From Mytilus edulis (taxonomy: Eukaryota): DNA of 64,000 bases. Below, one piece after another: positions 1-11,627 of this stretch; position 1 is the first letter of the stretch, and each line of letters begins with the position of its first letter. A program made the translations under genes and the position numbers. Location: the NCBI RefSeq assembly GCF_963676685.1, contig NC_092345.1, positions 104,470,001 to 104,534,000 on the forward strand, given 5' to 3'. The notes beneath the pieces are model-generated. The model was not told the origin of the DNA. It did no database searches and worked only from the letters and a program-made list of their open reading frames with translations.

Positions 1-740
1 TAGAAATCATATATAATTATACATTTCTACAAGGTGGACGTATCCAGTCCTAATAATAGAAATCATATACAATTATACATCTCTACAGGGTGGACATATC
101 CAGTCCTAATAATAGAAATCATATACAATTATACATCTCTACAAGGTGGACATATCCAGTCCTAATAATAGAAATCATATACAATTACAGATTCCTCTAC
201 AGGGTGGGCATATCCAGTCCTAATAATAGAAATCATATATAATTATACATTTCTACAAGGTGGACGTATCCAGTCCTAATAATAGAAATCATATACAATT
301 ATACATCTCTACAAGGTGGACATATCCAGTCCTAATAATAGAAATCATATACAATTATACATCTCTACAGGGTGGACATATCCAGTCCTAATAATAGAAA
401 TCATATACAATTATACATCTCTACAAGGTGGACATATCCAGTCCTAATAATAGAAATCATATACAATTACAGATTCCTCTACAGGGTGGGCATATCCAGT
501 CCTAATAATAGAAATCATATATAATTATACATTTCTACAAGGTGGACGTATCCAGTCCTAATAATAGAAATCATATACAATTATACATCTCTACAGGGTG
601 GACATATCCAGTCCTAATAATAGAAATCATATACAATTATACATCTCTACAAGGTGGACATATCCAGTCCTAAAAATAGAAGTCATATAAAATAATACAT
701 CTCTACAACCAACCCATCCTGTCCTAATAAAAGAAATTAT
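1..740 (-). repeat. 56/58-bp tandem array (~13 copies, runs off left edge) made of the CDCA7 3' splice site plus exon start
   Basis: Unit tagaaatcatatacaattatacatctctacaaggtggacatatccagtcctaataa. The reverse complement reads tattattag|GAC TGG ATA TGT CCA CCT TGT AGA (DWICPPCR). The 58-bp variants read DWICPPCRGICNCI*. Confidence 0.95.
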
Positions 741-1447
741 ATTAGTAAACTTCAAACACTATATTTTATCAGACACCAAATACTATTTTACATTGTAAAT
801 TTAAAAACAGTTAAAAAATATTCTATGAAATCAAACAGGTATATAACTGTTAAGTAAATTCATTTCATGGTCACAATCATAACTGGTGGACCATGTTCGA
901 ATTCAATTCGTTGTATTCACCATCCTGTCCTCCTTTTTTTTTATTTCTGACTTGCAAGTTGATTGTCATAAGTAAAATAGGTGCCAGGCATTGCACAGAC
1001 ACTGTTTATCTTTGAAGACAATAAAGTTTTCCATTTTTTTGATGCGTTTGCGTTATAGTTTTTTGTGTAGTGTTCTTATGGACATTTTGGAGAGTATTTT
1101 TTCTAAGGGATGGTTTACTTTCCCTCTTATACTAATAAGTTAAACTTGTTTTTTTACTGTTTTTACGTCCAAAGTATACTTAAGAAAACCCATAGTAATG
1201 ATGGTGTAATGAACACCCATAGTACTGATGGTGTAATGAACATTTTTTATAAGATTCTACTGATTTTAATGTTGATTTTCCTTTATCAATATGATTGTTA
1301 GTTGTAATTAGTTATCTAATGTGTAAACCCAAGTGTTAATACTACATCATGTCTTGTTTTTACCAACAGTTTTATTTTTGTTAACCCTCTATGATTACAA
1401 ATCTATTAAATCAGACAATAAATTAAGCAATACACTAGGGTACTTAC

Positions 1448-1510
1448 AGGATCTTTGAGAGCACCTTGTGCATCCTCTCCATATCTGTTTCTTAGGCAAG
1501 GTCCACAAAA
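1448..1510 (-). CDS. CDCA7: CDCA7 exon [21 protein letters not shown]
   Basis: cag acceptor at 1511-1513, gtaagt donor at 1447; conserved zf-4CXXC_R1 motif. Confidence 0.95.
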
Positions 1511-4500
1511 CTGGATAAATATAAAAAAAAATGTTCATCTCTCGTCAAAAATAGTAGCAAATGGGCACTATTTGCTTTATGCCACATCAGTACAAAAAAG
1601 CTATATTGAAGTGAGAAATTCAACAAGAGTATTCACTGAAAATTAAATCATTTTCAAAATAAACAAAGAAAAATCATAACCAACTACATATATAGTAACA
1701 AATCTGGTAGGATAGTAGCATTTCAGATTTTACTAATTTGGGAGAACTTTTCAATGAACAAGTCATTGTCATATAGTTTTAGCATCCAAAAACATTTAAA
1801 CATGTTTAATTTCAAAAATATACATCTAAATGAATAAATATAAGCACCACCTTGCAGAAAATATTATAAAATTTCAAGCTATACGAGTCCAACTCATCTT
1901 AAAAGGAAGCACAATAGACTCAATCACTGGAGCATGAAAACAAGGTCATAGATTTTTCAATTGAAAACTTAATAAAGGTAAAATAGGTCAAATATTTCTT
2001 AGACATGTTAACTATTAATGTGCAAGATATCAAAACCAGTTCAGACCTCTTCTCCTATAACAATTTTCATAACCTCTTATGTTTCTGCCTTTCTTCTTTT
2101 TAAATATTATATCAACCTCTCTCTCAATAAAAATGTACTTACTTGACCTCTAACTCCATAGCAATGACCTTTCCTACAAATTGTCTTCATATCATCAGTT
2201 TTCTGTCTACATTGATGGCAGGTTGTACCCTACAGTAAATGAAGAAAAATCAAATATTAAATCATATCAAGAAAATTCATCAAGGTTAATTTATTTCAAA
2301 ATTTCTTTGAATATCAAACGTGCAATTTGCATAAGAGTAGAGATCAGCACGAAGTCTAACTTCATTTAAATAATAGCTGTATAAAAATCTTTCTGTCATC
2401 ATTGTAATATTTTAAAATTTCAGAGTTGCATAGGTCGAAAAAACAACCTTTAAAGGAAAAAAGTTATGACCTTGACCTTTGACATACTAACCAAATATCT
2501 ACACAGAGAATAAACTTGCTCTTTCTAAAGGGAATTCTCATATTGGACATATGGTTAAAAATATGTAACTCTAAAACCAAATTTTTGTCCACATTTCAGT
2601 TGACCAGGAACAAAAGGTCTAAAGAAACATTAATTTACTATCTTTTGACTCCTACAATTTATAAATGTATATCAGTCCAAGTCTAAGCTTACATAAAAAC
2701 TATCATATCTCTTATCACTGACAAACAATGCTACTCTAGATAAATCCTCGTCACTGATTTCATCAGCTGACCGATTGTCACGATGAACACGATGTATTCT
2801 TTTCGGCAAATCATTTTCCTGAAAATAAAAAAGATAAATATTAATAATGTATTTTTTTACTTTAATTAAAACAATTTACTTTTAAGACCCACTCACGATC
2901 CTCCTTGATGAAAAAAATTGTCGTTGAAAATATGTTGATCTATAAAATCTAATTAACTTAAAATCCATTTTTATTTTAATTGATAAAAAAATCAAAATAT
3001 ATTCAGTGTCTACAAATATGAAATATTTCTGCAGAAACTTTGCAAATACATGAAACACTAACCTCATCACTGTTTTCATCATTTCCTCCTGTCTCTTGAT
3101 TTCTTCCTTTGTTGAAAAAGCCAAATCTAACTTGGAGGGACTGCAAATAGAGGAATTTGTTCAAAATCATTTATTCTAGTGTCTGTAGTGATATTAGCAT
3201 TTATTTTATCTATTTTTGACATAACAGATAAAACATTAATACCACACTTCAGAAAAATATCAAATAACCACAACAAGGCTGATATAATCAATCAATAAGG
3301 AACAGCAAAGTTTCACATAAAAGAGTTCTTATAATATTTAGCCTCATTATTTTAAAAGTCAGAATCTATGAAAGTGTATGTAAGAACAAACCAAAACATG
3401 AACAAGTTAACCAGTGTTCCAGCTAGGCCGTTTTCAGAGGGCGCGGCGCCCGCCCTTTTCCGAGTGGCGCCCTGTGCCCTTTTTACAGTTTCCAGGGCGC
3501 CCTGCCTTTTTTGAAGATTGATTGCATATTAATTTGCGTATTGATATGATACGCTAATTACTAAATTTTACCTGGGGAAAAGATTATGACTTTGTTTACC
3601 ACCCCAAGCTAATCAATGGTTACAACTGGTGTCATAATCTGTTGTTATAGGTAATCCGTTTATCGGATGGGTCATTAATGATCATCAACATTTATTCGTT
3701 CAAATAGAATCGGTCAGTCGGCAATTATCTTTGAAGAAATGTGCATACAACAACTTGGGCACAATTTGCGATGTTTACCGTAGTTTCATGGAAGAAACGT
3801 AATGACAGAAAGTTGGAAAACCATTATAAACTCGTTGAAGACATTGTTTTACTTGTTTTCTGTAAAATAAACAGAAAATTCAGACGTATTTGTCATTGAC
3901 TGCCTTCATTTTTGATACGAAAATAACAAAATTGGCCGCCATATTCAGATATTGTGATCATATTTACATCATATTTATGTACTGTTTATAATCCTCCAAA
4001 GAAGGAGCACACCCGAATAAAGAAAGATAACTCAATCTGATTTTTTTCCTAGCATTGGGTAACCCATTTACATATTCTAAAATGTGTCTCCATACTTCTT
4101 GCTTAAGAATATATATGTTTAGGTATTTATTTTGAGTTATGGGAAAAGTTAAAGAGGGTCTTAGTAGCAGTGTTGGTAGGGTGCCTTGGTCATCTTTTTC
4201 TGTATTCTTTATTTTTGATACTATTTTTCACTGTTGCTTTATATCCTAAAATTGTGAATTTACTGAGCACAGCTGTTTTGTGCTGTATTGCCATCAAGCA
4301 CAGCAGGGGTAGAAAGGTGAAACTGGTAAAATGTGGTAGACCATAGAAACAGTATGAAACAGATCTCCTTTCAAAACATACTGCATATAAAGTTCAACTG
4401 TGCCAAGCAATGATAAAAAAAACTTGTGTGACAAGCTGCTTGACAAGTTTTTCAGCCTTAAAAGTAGAAAGATAGAGTTCTATATGGGCTAAAGATGTTG

Positions 4501-7500
4501 TTCTTGTATAACCTGTGATTCAACGAATAAACACAAATGTTTGATTAACATCTTTTATTAAAATATGCCCTTTTCATATTATCATATCGCGCATTAAATG
4601 CCCTTTTTCAGGATTGACACCCTGCCCTTTTGAAAACCTAGCTGGAACACTGTTGACAGACAATTTGGTTGTGTAATTCAATATGATGCCTGTTGTAGAG
4701 TGAGTGTCCTACTTTTCAGACATAAAACATTGATGCCTCTGTGGTCTGTTTCATGACAATAATATTCATGTCCAAATTCAATATTAGGACGATATCAACC
4801 AAATATATTTTAAATATTTAATCTAAAACTGAAAAATTCAAAATATTAGGAGTGTAAAGCAACTCAATTTTTTTTTATTAGGTCAATGGTATAAGGGAGA
4901 TAATTCCAATTGACTTAATAAAAAAGTAATAAAAAATTTATTAGGACAATGTCAGAAAATCAAATTGCGAGAAATTACTCTAAATCAGGATAAACTTATT
5001 TACAGTAGCAGCCTTTCATTATTTAACACTTACACTGGCTGATTCTGAAGAAGAGTCTGATGAGAACGATGAAGCAGTCGATGACAGAGAACCACGTCGA
5101 CCTCTGGTGCGTGGTGGACTGTAGTTCATTTGGTTACATCTTCCATTTCGTGAAGGATTTCTCCGTGGTTCATAGTCGGAGCTATCTATTGACCTTGATT
5201 TTATGTCTCTGGGTTTCTGGGGAAAAACATAGAATATCACTTTTCATAGAGGTATTGCAAAGGTAAAGAAACTCATGATAATTAATCTTTGAGTGATAGA
5301 TTTCTCTTAGAAGAAATTTAAAGGTTCCAGTGAATATTTCATGTAAAAATATATTTCAATAATTGGTTGATGAGCAACAAAATACAAATGGGTTAACAGA
5401 TAGTGTATAAGCATGTTCACATGAAGCTTGATACCTCTTGTTCACCTTGAAGCAGGTTTATAATAAATAATTGTACAAGAATAAAGTACAAGAAATATCA
5501 CCAGGATAAATGATGTACATGTCTGATTATAATATCAGATCAATGACATCTCAAATATTTTCTTTTAACAAGATGTCACATCTGAAGATGACATTCTAAT
5601 GAGTCAATTTCTACACTGAAATAAATTATCACTTGTTAATTAAAAATCAATACACTTTCACAGCCCTTATCTATAGCTATATATATATATACATAAGTAC
5701 TAAATTTCTGTTGAAACATTTTTATTGATGACATCTTGGGATTTTGTTTTTTTATTTTACTTTCAACACTGATATTTCAGGCAAAGTCATTCATATTTTG
5801 TCTGTGAAATATGACTCCTTAAATTTAATCTAAGAAATAAGTTAAAACACAATTCTGAGTCCATTGAAATCTATGCCCTTGTCCACAGGCCTATCAGACT
5901 AGGCTAATACAAGAGGCTGTCACAACGACAGCAAACCGGATTTATTAACATTTATTTGTGTCCTGGCAATATCACAAGAACCATTACTGATGAATGGTGA
6001 AAGTGAAAATCGTCAATATCAAATTTGACCTCCATTTTGTCATCAGTATCAACATATTAAAATTTGAAAAGCTTAGATTGAATGGTTCATGAGTAAATGC
6101 AACAACCTGAATGGAAACGCCATTTTACGATCTTTCAAGAACCATAACTCCTGAACGGTAAAAGTCAAAATCGTCATTATTGAACTTGACCTCTATTTTG
6201 TCATCAGTAACAACATATTAAAATTTCAAAAGCTTTGGTAGAATGGTTCATGAGAAAATGCACGGACACGACGGGAAAAACCATTTTTCAATCTTTCAAG
6301 AACCATAACTCCTGAACGGTAAAAGTCAAAATCGTCATTATTGAACTTGACCTCCATTTTGTTATCAGTAACAGCATATTAAAATTTCGGAAGCTTTGGT
6401 AGAACAGTTCATGCATAAATGCACGGACACGACTGGAAACTCCATTTTTCAATCTTTCAAGAACCATAACTCCTGAACGGTAAAAGTCAAATTCGTCATT
6501 ATTGAACTTGACCTCCATTCTTTCATTAGTAACAACATATTAAAATTTGGGAAGCTTTGGTAGAACAGTTCATGCGTAAATGCACGGACAACTCCATTTT
6601 TCAATCTTTCAAGAACCATAACTCCTGAACGGTAAAAGTCAAAATCGCCATTATTGAACTTGACCTTCGTATAGTTGTCAGTAATAACATATTAAAATTT
6701 TAAAAGCTTTGGTTGAACGGTTCATGAGTTAATGCACGGACAACATTTGATTGCCGCCCGCCCGCCCGCCCGCCCGACAGCCCGACCGCCCGCCCGGCCG
6801 CCCGCCGTACATCCCCAAATCAATAACCGACATTTTTGTCACAAAAATCCGGTTAAAAATGGTTTTAAATCTGTTAGAATTTCTACTTGGTGGTGAACAT
6901 CATTAATCTACAAGTATTCTGAGATTATTGCATGGCAGTAAATATTCCCCTGCCAATTAAAATTCATTGTACAGGAACAAAATGACAAAATAATTGCAGA
7001 AAACTGACTGCTTGCATGTATTACATGGGAGCAACATTCTGACTTTTACAGAGCTTAATGACAAATCTTTGGGAAGCTATTATCGAGACTAAAAAGTAAG
7101 ATAGGTAGGGTAACTGGAACCACACATATATTTTTATTTGGCCTTAAAGTACACAAGAAACAAAAATTATCACATATAAAGAGTTTAAATGTCTTGTCTG
7201 TTTTACCCATCATGATTAAATTTTTATGTATGTTTGAAGCGTGCAATATGAATGTTATACTACTGGTATCACATTAACTTATAACTATTTATTTACTATC
7301 ATACTTTAATTGGCTTGATCCTTCCTGGTACTTGCATCTCATTTTTCAAGTCAGCCATCAACTTTTCCAACTAAAACAAAAATATAATCTTGAGATCTAA
7401 TTTAAAGTATTGGAAGTCCATCCAACTTTTATCTGCCACGTGATGCCCAGTCATTTTTAATCATTACAAGAGTTAAAATAGTGATGTAAACTAGAAATAT

Positions 7501-8103
7501 ACTTTAACTCTCATATCCTTTCTACCAGACAACAGATATATATCTTGAAAATTGAAGCAAAACAATTGTTGATATGTTGAACATTTAAACAATAGCAAAT
7601 AATGAAAAAGCCCTAGCTCATCTGACAAAAGGGCGATATCCAAGTATTGCTGAAGATTTCAAATTCAACCTATGAATTACAAACAAAAAAATGACTACTG
7701 TATTACTGTTTGTAAAGAAAAAAAACCTACTGTAAATTTAGAAATTATTGCGTGCATTTATTATTGTGATTTTGTCATTTAAGACTTAAATGCGATTTTA
7801 TTTTTTATGATTTTGAGAAAAATCCTGTTTAATTCATATGAAACATTTCAAAATGCGAGTTTAAATTACATGAATTATTGCGTTTACAACTCTGTCACAT
7901 TTTTCGCAATAATAAAAACCTCGCAATAATTTCTGAATTTACAGTATATAGATGTATTCTTCCATGGTATATTCTTGATCAATCTTTTGGTGGAACGACT
8001 CTCATTGCTTATCTTAAAAAGTAAAAATTAATTAGAATATTACCATAACTCTGTTGTCTTCCAAGTTTCGATGTCGTAATTCTTCATATTCACTGGTAGC
8101 CAT
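1448..8103 (-). CDS. CDCA7: Cell division cycle-associated 7 (CDCA7/JPO1-like), zf-4CXXC_R1 protein; spliced, 3' end outside the window
   Basis: Exons 8044-8103, 7305-7370, 5034-5216, 3063-3140, 2693-2818, 2143-2229 and 1448-1510 are all GT-AG and phase 0, giving 221 aa. They contain the CDCA7 zinc-finger signature [11 protein letters not shown]...[19 protein letters not shown]. Confidence 0.93.
2143..2229 (-). CDS. CDCA7: CDCA7 exon [29 protein letters not shown]
   Basis: tag acceptor, gtaagt donor; CHQCRQK motif. Confidence 0.95.
2693..2818 (-). CDS. CDCA7: CDCA7 exon [42 protein letters not shown]
   Basis: ttttcag acceptor, gtaagc donor, 126 nt open; resembles the EEITEEEL...KIY segment that precedes the CDCA7 zinc finger. 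Confidence 0.9.
3063..3140 (-). CDS. CDCA7: CDCA7 exon [26 protein letters not shown]
   Basis: tttgcag acceptor, gttagt donor, 78 nt, phase 0/0. Confidence 0.8.
3412..4652. mobile_element. Non-autonomous DNA transposon with CAGTG termini (hAT5-like)
   Basis: 16-bp TIR cagtgttccagctagg / cctagctggaacactg; flanks ttaac / ttgac (imperfect 5-bp TSD); no ORF. Confidence 0.8.
5034..5216 (-). CDS. CDCA7: CDCA7 exon KPRDIKSR...RRNPSR...[10 protein letters not shown]
   Basis: Lies within ORF 5019-5240; ttccccag acceptor, gtaagt donor, 183 nt. Confidence 0.87.
5909..6859 (+). mobile_element. Helentron-associated non-autonomous element (HINE/pearl/DINE-1-like) with an internal ~161-bp tandem array
   Basis: Starts acaagag; subterminal IR aaaccggattt / aaatccggtt; 4-5 repeats (anchors 6131, 6292, 6453, 6605); (cgcc)n microsatellite 6752-6806; 3' palindrome. 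Confidence 0.8.
7305..7370 (-). CDS. CDCA7: CDCA7 exon [22 protein letters not shown]
   Basis: ttttag acceptor, gtatga donor; continues the N..ML.KLM helix conserved in CDCA7. Confidence 0.8.
7730..7944. mobile_element. Tc1/mariner-type MITE
   Basis: TIR ctgtaaatttagaaattattgcg / cgcaataatttctgaatttacag, TA on both flanks. Confidence 0.8.
8044..8103 (-). CDS. CDCA7: CDCA7 probable first coding exon [20 protein letters not shown] (exon extends to 8131)
   Basis: ATG at 8103, tacag acceptor at 8132, gtaata donor; matches the CDCA7 R..NI..N..M helix. Confidence 0.8.
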
Positions 8104-8746
8104 AGTGATCAGATATACCAACTCTACTTGTCTGTAATATCAATAGAAATAAGAATAACTGTATGGAATAATTTTAAAGCAGAATCTTACATATATTTAT
8201 TTACTGTTTCCTGCATGTTTAAGTTGATAAAATAAAATAAGCAGATGAAGTATGGTTCCCAAGCACAGAACTCTCCAATAGTCCAAATGAGTGGATTATA
8301 GGACTATCAGTACCATACCTTATAGTCAGTATTCTTACACAGGAGTCCAAAAATAAATAGCTAAAATATCAAATCCCTAAAGGCATGATGGAAGTGACAA
8401 TTGTAATTACAGATATTTCAAATACTATTATATTATTATAATTAATTAGAGGAAATGGTTTATATTTTCACACCTTAATTATTTTAAAAAGAAAAAAATA
8501 ATCAAAGCCTTAAAGGCTGTTAAAGCAATTGTTGCAGGTTTATTTTTTGTGTTACTTTTATCTTTCGTCAACATGTAAAAGATTTAAACATAACAGGTCT
8601 TGTAGGGAAAAGAAAGGATGTTTCAACTTTAAAAAACCTAGACTTATCCAGCAGAAAGTAATTTTTACAATGTTTTGCGTTTCCAAAGGGGATGACACAT
8701 TTATTCGACTTAAAATGTTTAAGGTGGAGGCAAATATATTTGCCAA

Positions 8747-8973
8747 GGCCATGGAAAATTAATTGTTGGTTTCCCCCAACATGGGAAAATTTTAAAGACC
8801 CGGCAGGCAGGCTTTTTTTTTTTTTTTTAGTAACCATGCATAATTTTATATCTATATGTTTTGTTTCTACAGCGGAACTTTAATAAAATTTCCCCCCAGA
8901 AAATTAAATGACCCCGCGGTAAAACAATGACCCGGTCGGGTTAGGGGAAACCATGAATTATTTTTCCATGGCC
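8747..8973. mobile_element. MITE with GGCC termini (PIF/Harbinger-like)
   Basis: TIR ggccatggaaaattaatt..ggtttccc / gggaaacc..aattatttttccatggcc. Confidence 0.7.
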
Positions 8974-9967
8974 TATAGCATATGATTCCTGATAAAAATC
9001 ATAAAGTAGAGTGTTTTTTACTGGGCAATAATTTACATGACAATCCACCAGGCTCCAACAGTTGTCCCCTTATAAGGCCAAAAAAAATATAGTCTTGTTT
9101 CCTGCTACCAGCCAGAAAAAAAAGGGTAGGTAGGTAGGAAAATAAGTTTATCTTAAATTTTTTTCTCTTCATTTTTCAGTCAAGGGTCTAACTTAAATAA
9201 ATTATTAGAGAAAAATAACAAACATGTCGTTATTGTGGGCTAAAATATCAAAATACTGTAATAACATATATGTATGTCATGTATGTTACATGTTTCAAAG
9301 GGACAATATACAAACTTTATTTTATAGTTAAATTTTTCACAAGTTCTATTGATTTTATAATTTTCTTTATGTACACTAAACTTTGTAAAGATATAGCAGT
9401 TCATAGTTTACCAATCATGCATAGTACACCTATGTTTTTACAGAAAATATATTCCTGCAAAATAACCAAAGGGTGTTATTACAGCTTCTCTACATCTCTT
9501 TAAAGCCTTTGCTCAGACATATATCACAATGTATTTCAATTCATTGTAAAAAATGATGATCAGAACTTGTAATGAGGCATTGCCAATATTTTATTCCTAT
9601 TGACAGAATGTCTAGTGCCTGCGATAGGAAGGAACTCAATACCAATTTCATTTTTAATAGTTCTTTGATGTATGAAACAATTGCTACCTGATGATCATGA
9701 TGATAAGTGTTTCTTTGTTTTCATTGAATTTGACGTCACAACTAAAATCCATAACAACAGAACCAAAATCGGAAACATTACGATATTTCTGTTTCTTTTT
9801 TAACAGATTTTGAAGTGAAAAAAATGTTTGAATTAAAAATAATAAATTCATACGACTCTGTCCTCTTTCACAGACAATGACAGACACAGGTAATGCCTGC
9901 CTTAGATGGAAGATTGAGCTTTAATGTTGGCATTGCACAAGTTCATGCATTTCCTAGAATGAGGGGC

Positions 9968-10122
9968 AGGCGCGGATCCAGGGGGGGGGGGGGGGGGTTC
10001 CGGGGGTTGGAACCCCCCTTTTTTTTGGACAATCAATGCATTTGAATGGGGACATGTAGTTGGAACCCCCCTTTGTCCTGGGTTAGGACCCCCCCCTTTT
10101 TAAAATGGCTGGATCTGCCGCC
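9968..10122. mobile_element. Short G/C-run MITE; related inverted copy at ~36101-36215
   Basis: aggcgcggatccag...ctggatctgccgcct inverted ends; shared core aatgcatttgaatggggacatgtagttggaacccc. Confidence 0.65.
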
Positions 10123-11335
10123 TTTATCGGGACTCCTGGACCTGCAGTTTTCAAGTTCGGGATTTCAGGTTTGACACTTTTGGGATCTGGGAATTCTTTT
10201 TTTGAATTTCTCGATTTAAATTTATTTAAATTCGGGACCTCAGGTTTTTGTTTTTTTAAGCCCAGGATTTCAGGATCAGGGCCCCTCCTGCCCCCACCCC
10301 TCTCTAGAATGCTTATGATGTATTGACACTATTTGCAACGGTAACCGTCTCTGATAATTAGCTGAGGAATGACATGATTTATTTCCCAGTTGAAATTGGA
10401 TTTTCAACTGGCTAGTAATCTTGTTGCAGGGAAAGTGATAAGACTGAATACAATTGTCATTATTTCGATTGTTGGATAACCTGTTGTTATACCCCTCCTT
10501 TTTTTCCGGTAAGATAAAACTTTTTTTGACACGCCCCTTTCCAGCAAAAGCTTGGATAACCGATAAAACCTTATTTAAAATGTATTCTGTTTGATTCTGA
10601 GAATATCGACAAGCAATCGATTTATTTCAATACTATTTGATACCTTTTAGTTTTTAAGAAAAACAACACACTGCACTGAAGACTTAATAAAGTTGCACAC
10701 GTGTGTCGATTTTCCCGGGTTAATATTCCAGCTGGTTTCCGGTTTGTATGCACCACTACAATCCCCAGCAAATTAAGAGAAAAATACCAGTCACTGGTAA
10801 GACTAAGTTTAGACTCGTGTCGGTAAGGAAATGTCAAGGGTCCGGTTTTCTTTTCATTAGTGGCAAGGTTCCGAGTTATCATGCATTTTGTGTCCGGACA
10901 CACGGACACAACGATAAATTACAAATATTGAATATAGTAATCCAGTTTAAAGGCTTGATATAATACAAATGACCAAATGACAAATGACACAAATGAAAAT
11001 TGCAATCAGATAAAAAAAAAATTAATTATAAATTATACTTTAAATTCGTTTTGCATTGTGTATAGGCACCGAACATGTGCATTATTCAAGAAATAAAGTG
11101 AATTAATCGTCAATTTAATACAATGCAATACCCTTATAGGAAGTATGTAAAAGGACAAACTTGCGTTAACAAAATTCTTACAACTTTTACTGCAATGTAC
11201 TTAAATTTCGCATTGCCCAGGCGCACGTACAATCTATTAATCCAGGGTACAGCGAAACCAAGTGAATGTGTAGAGCCGTCTTTTATATTGGTCCACTCCT
11301 CATGACTATTTTTAATAAAAAAAACAAACAAATGG

Positions 11336-11567
11336 TGTTATAAAGTTCACCTCACTTTATTACCGTATCATCTGTTACAGTAATTATAATTGACAGATCA
11401 GCAACTCTCACATGTCTGCACATTCTTAAATAAACATGTAATTAAATAGATCAATTGAAGTTCTTATACACATGTTGTCATTCTGTAGTCTGACCATCAA
11501 ACGATGTACTTGTTAATAAATTAGTTATAGAAACTGGATTGTATTATTACTTAGCAAAGATATTACA
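11336..11567 (+). repeat. 5' LTR
   Basis: tgttataaag...tattaca, a direct repeat of 15054-15285. Confidence 0.95.
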
Positions 11568-11627
11568 CATTTTGGCGACGAGGAAAAAACTGGATATTAA
11601 AATAAATGTGAATTTCTACAAGTGAGA

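Noticed and set aside
1-740. CRISPR-like array
   Set aside because: Head-to-tail repeats with no unique spacers, a eukaryotic context and no cas genes.
10105-10326. 73-aa Gly/Phe-rich ORF upstream of CDCA7
   Set aside because: Starts inside a MITE and runs through degenerate short repeats; no recognisable domain or splice support.
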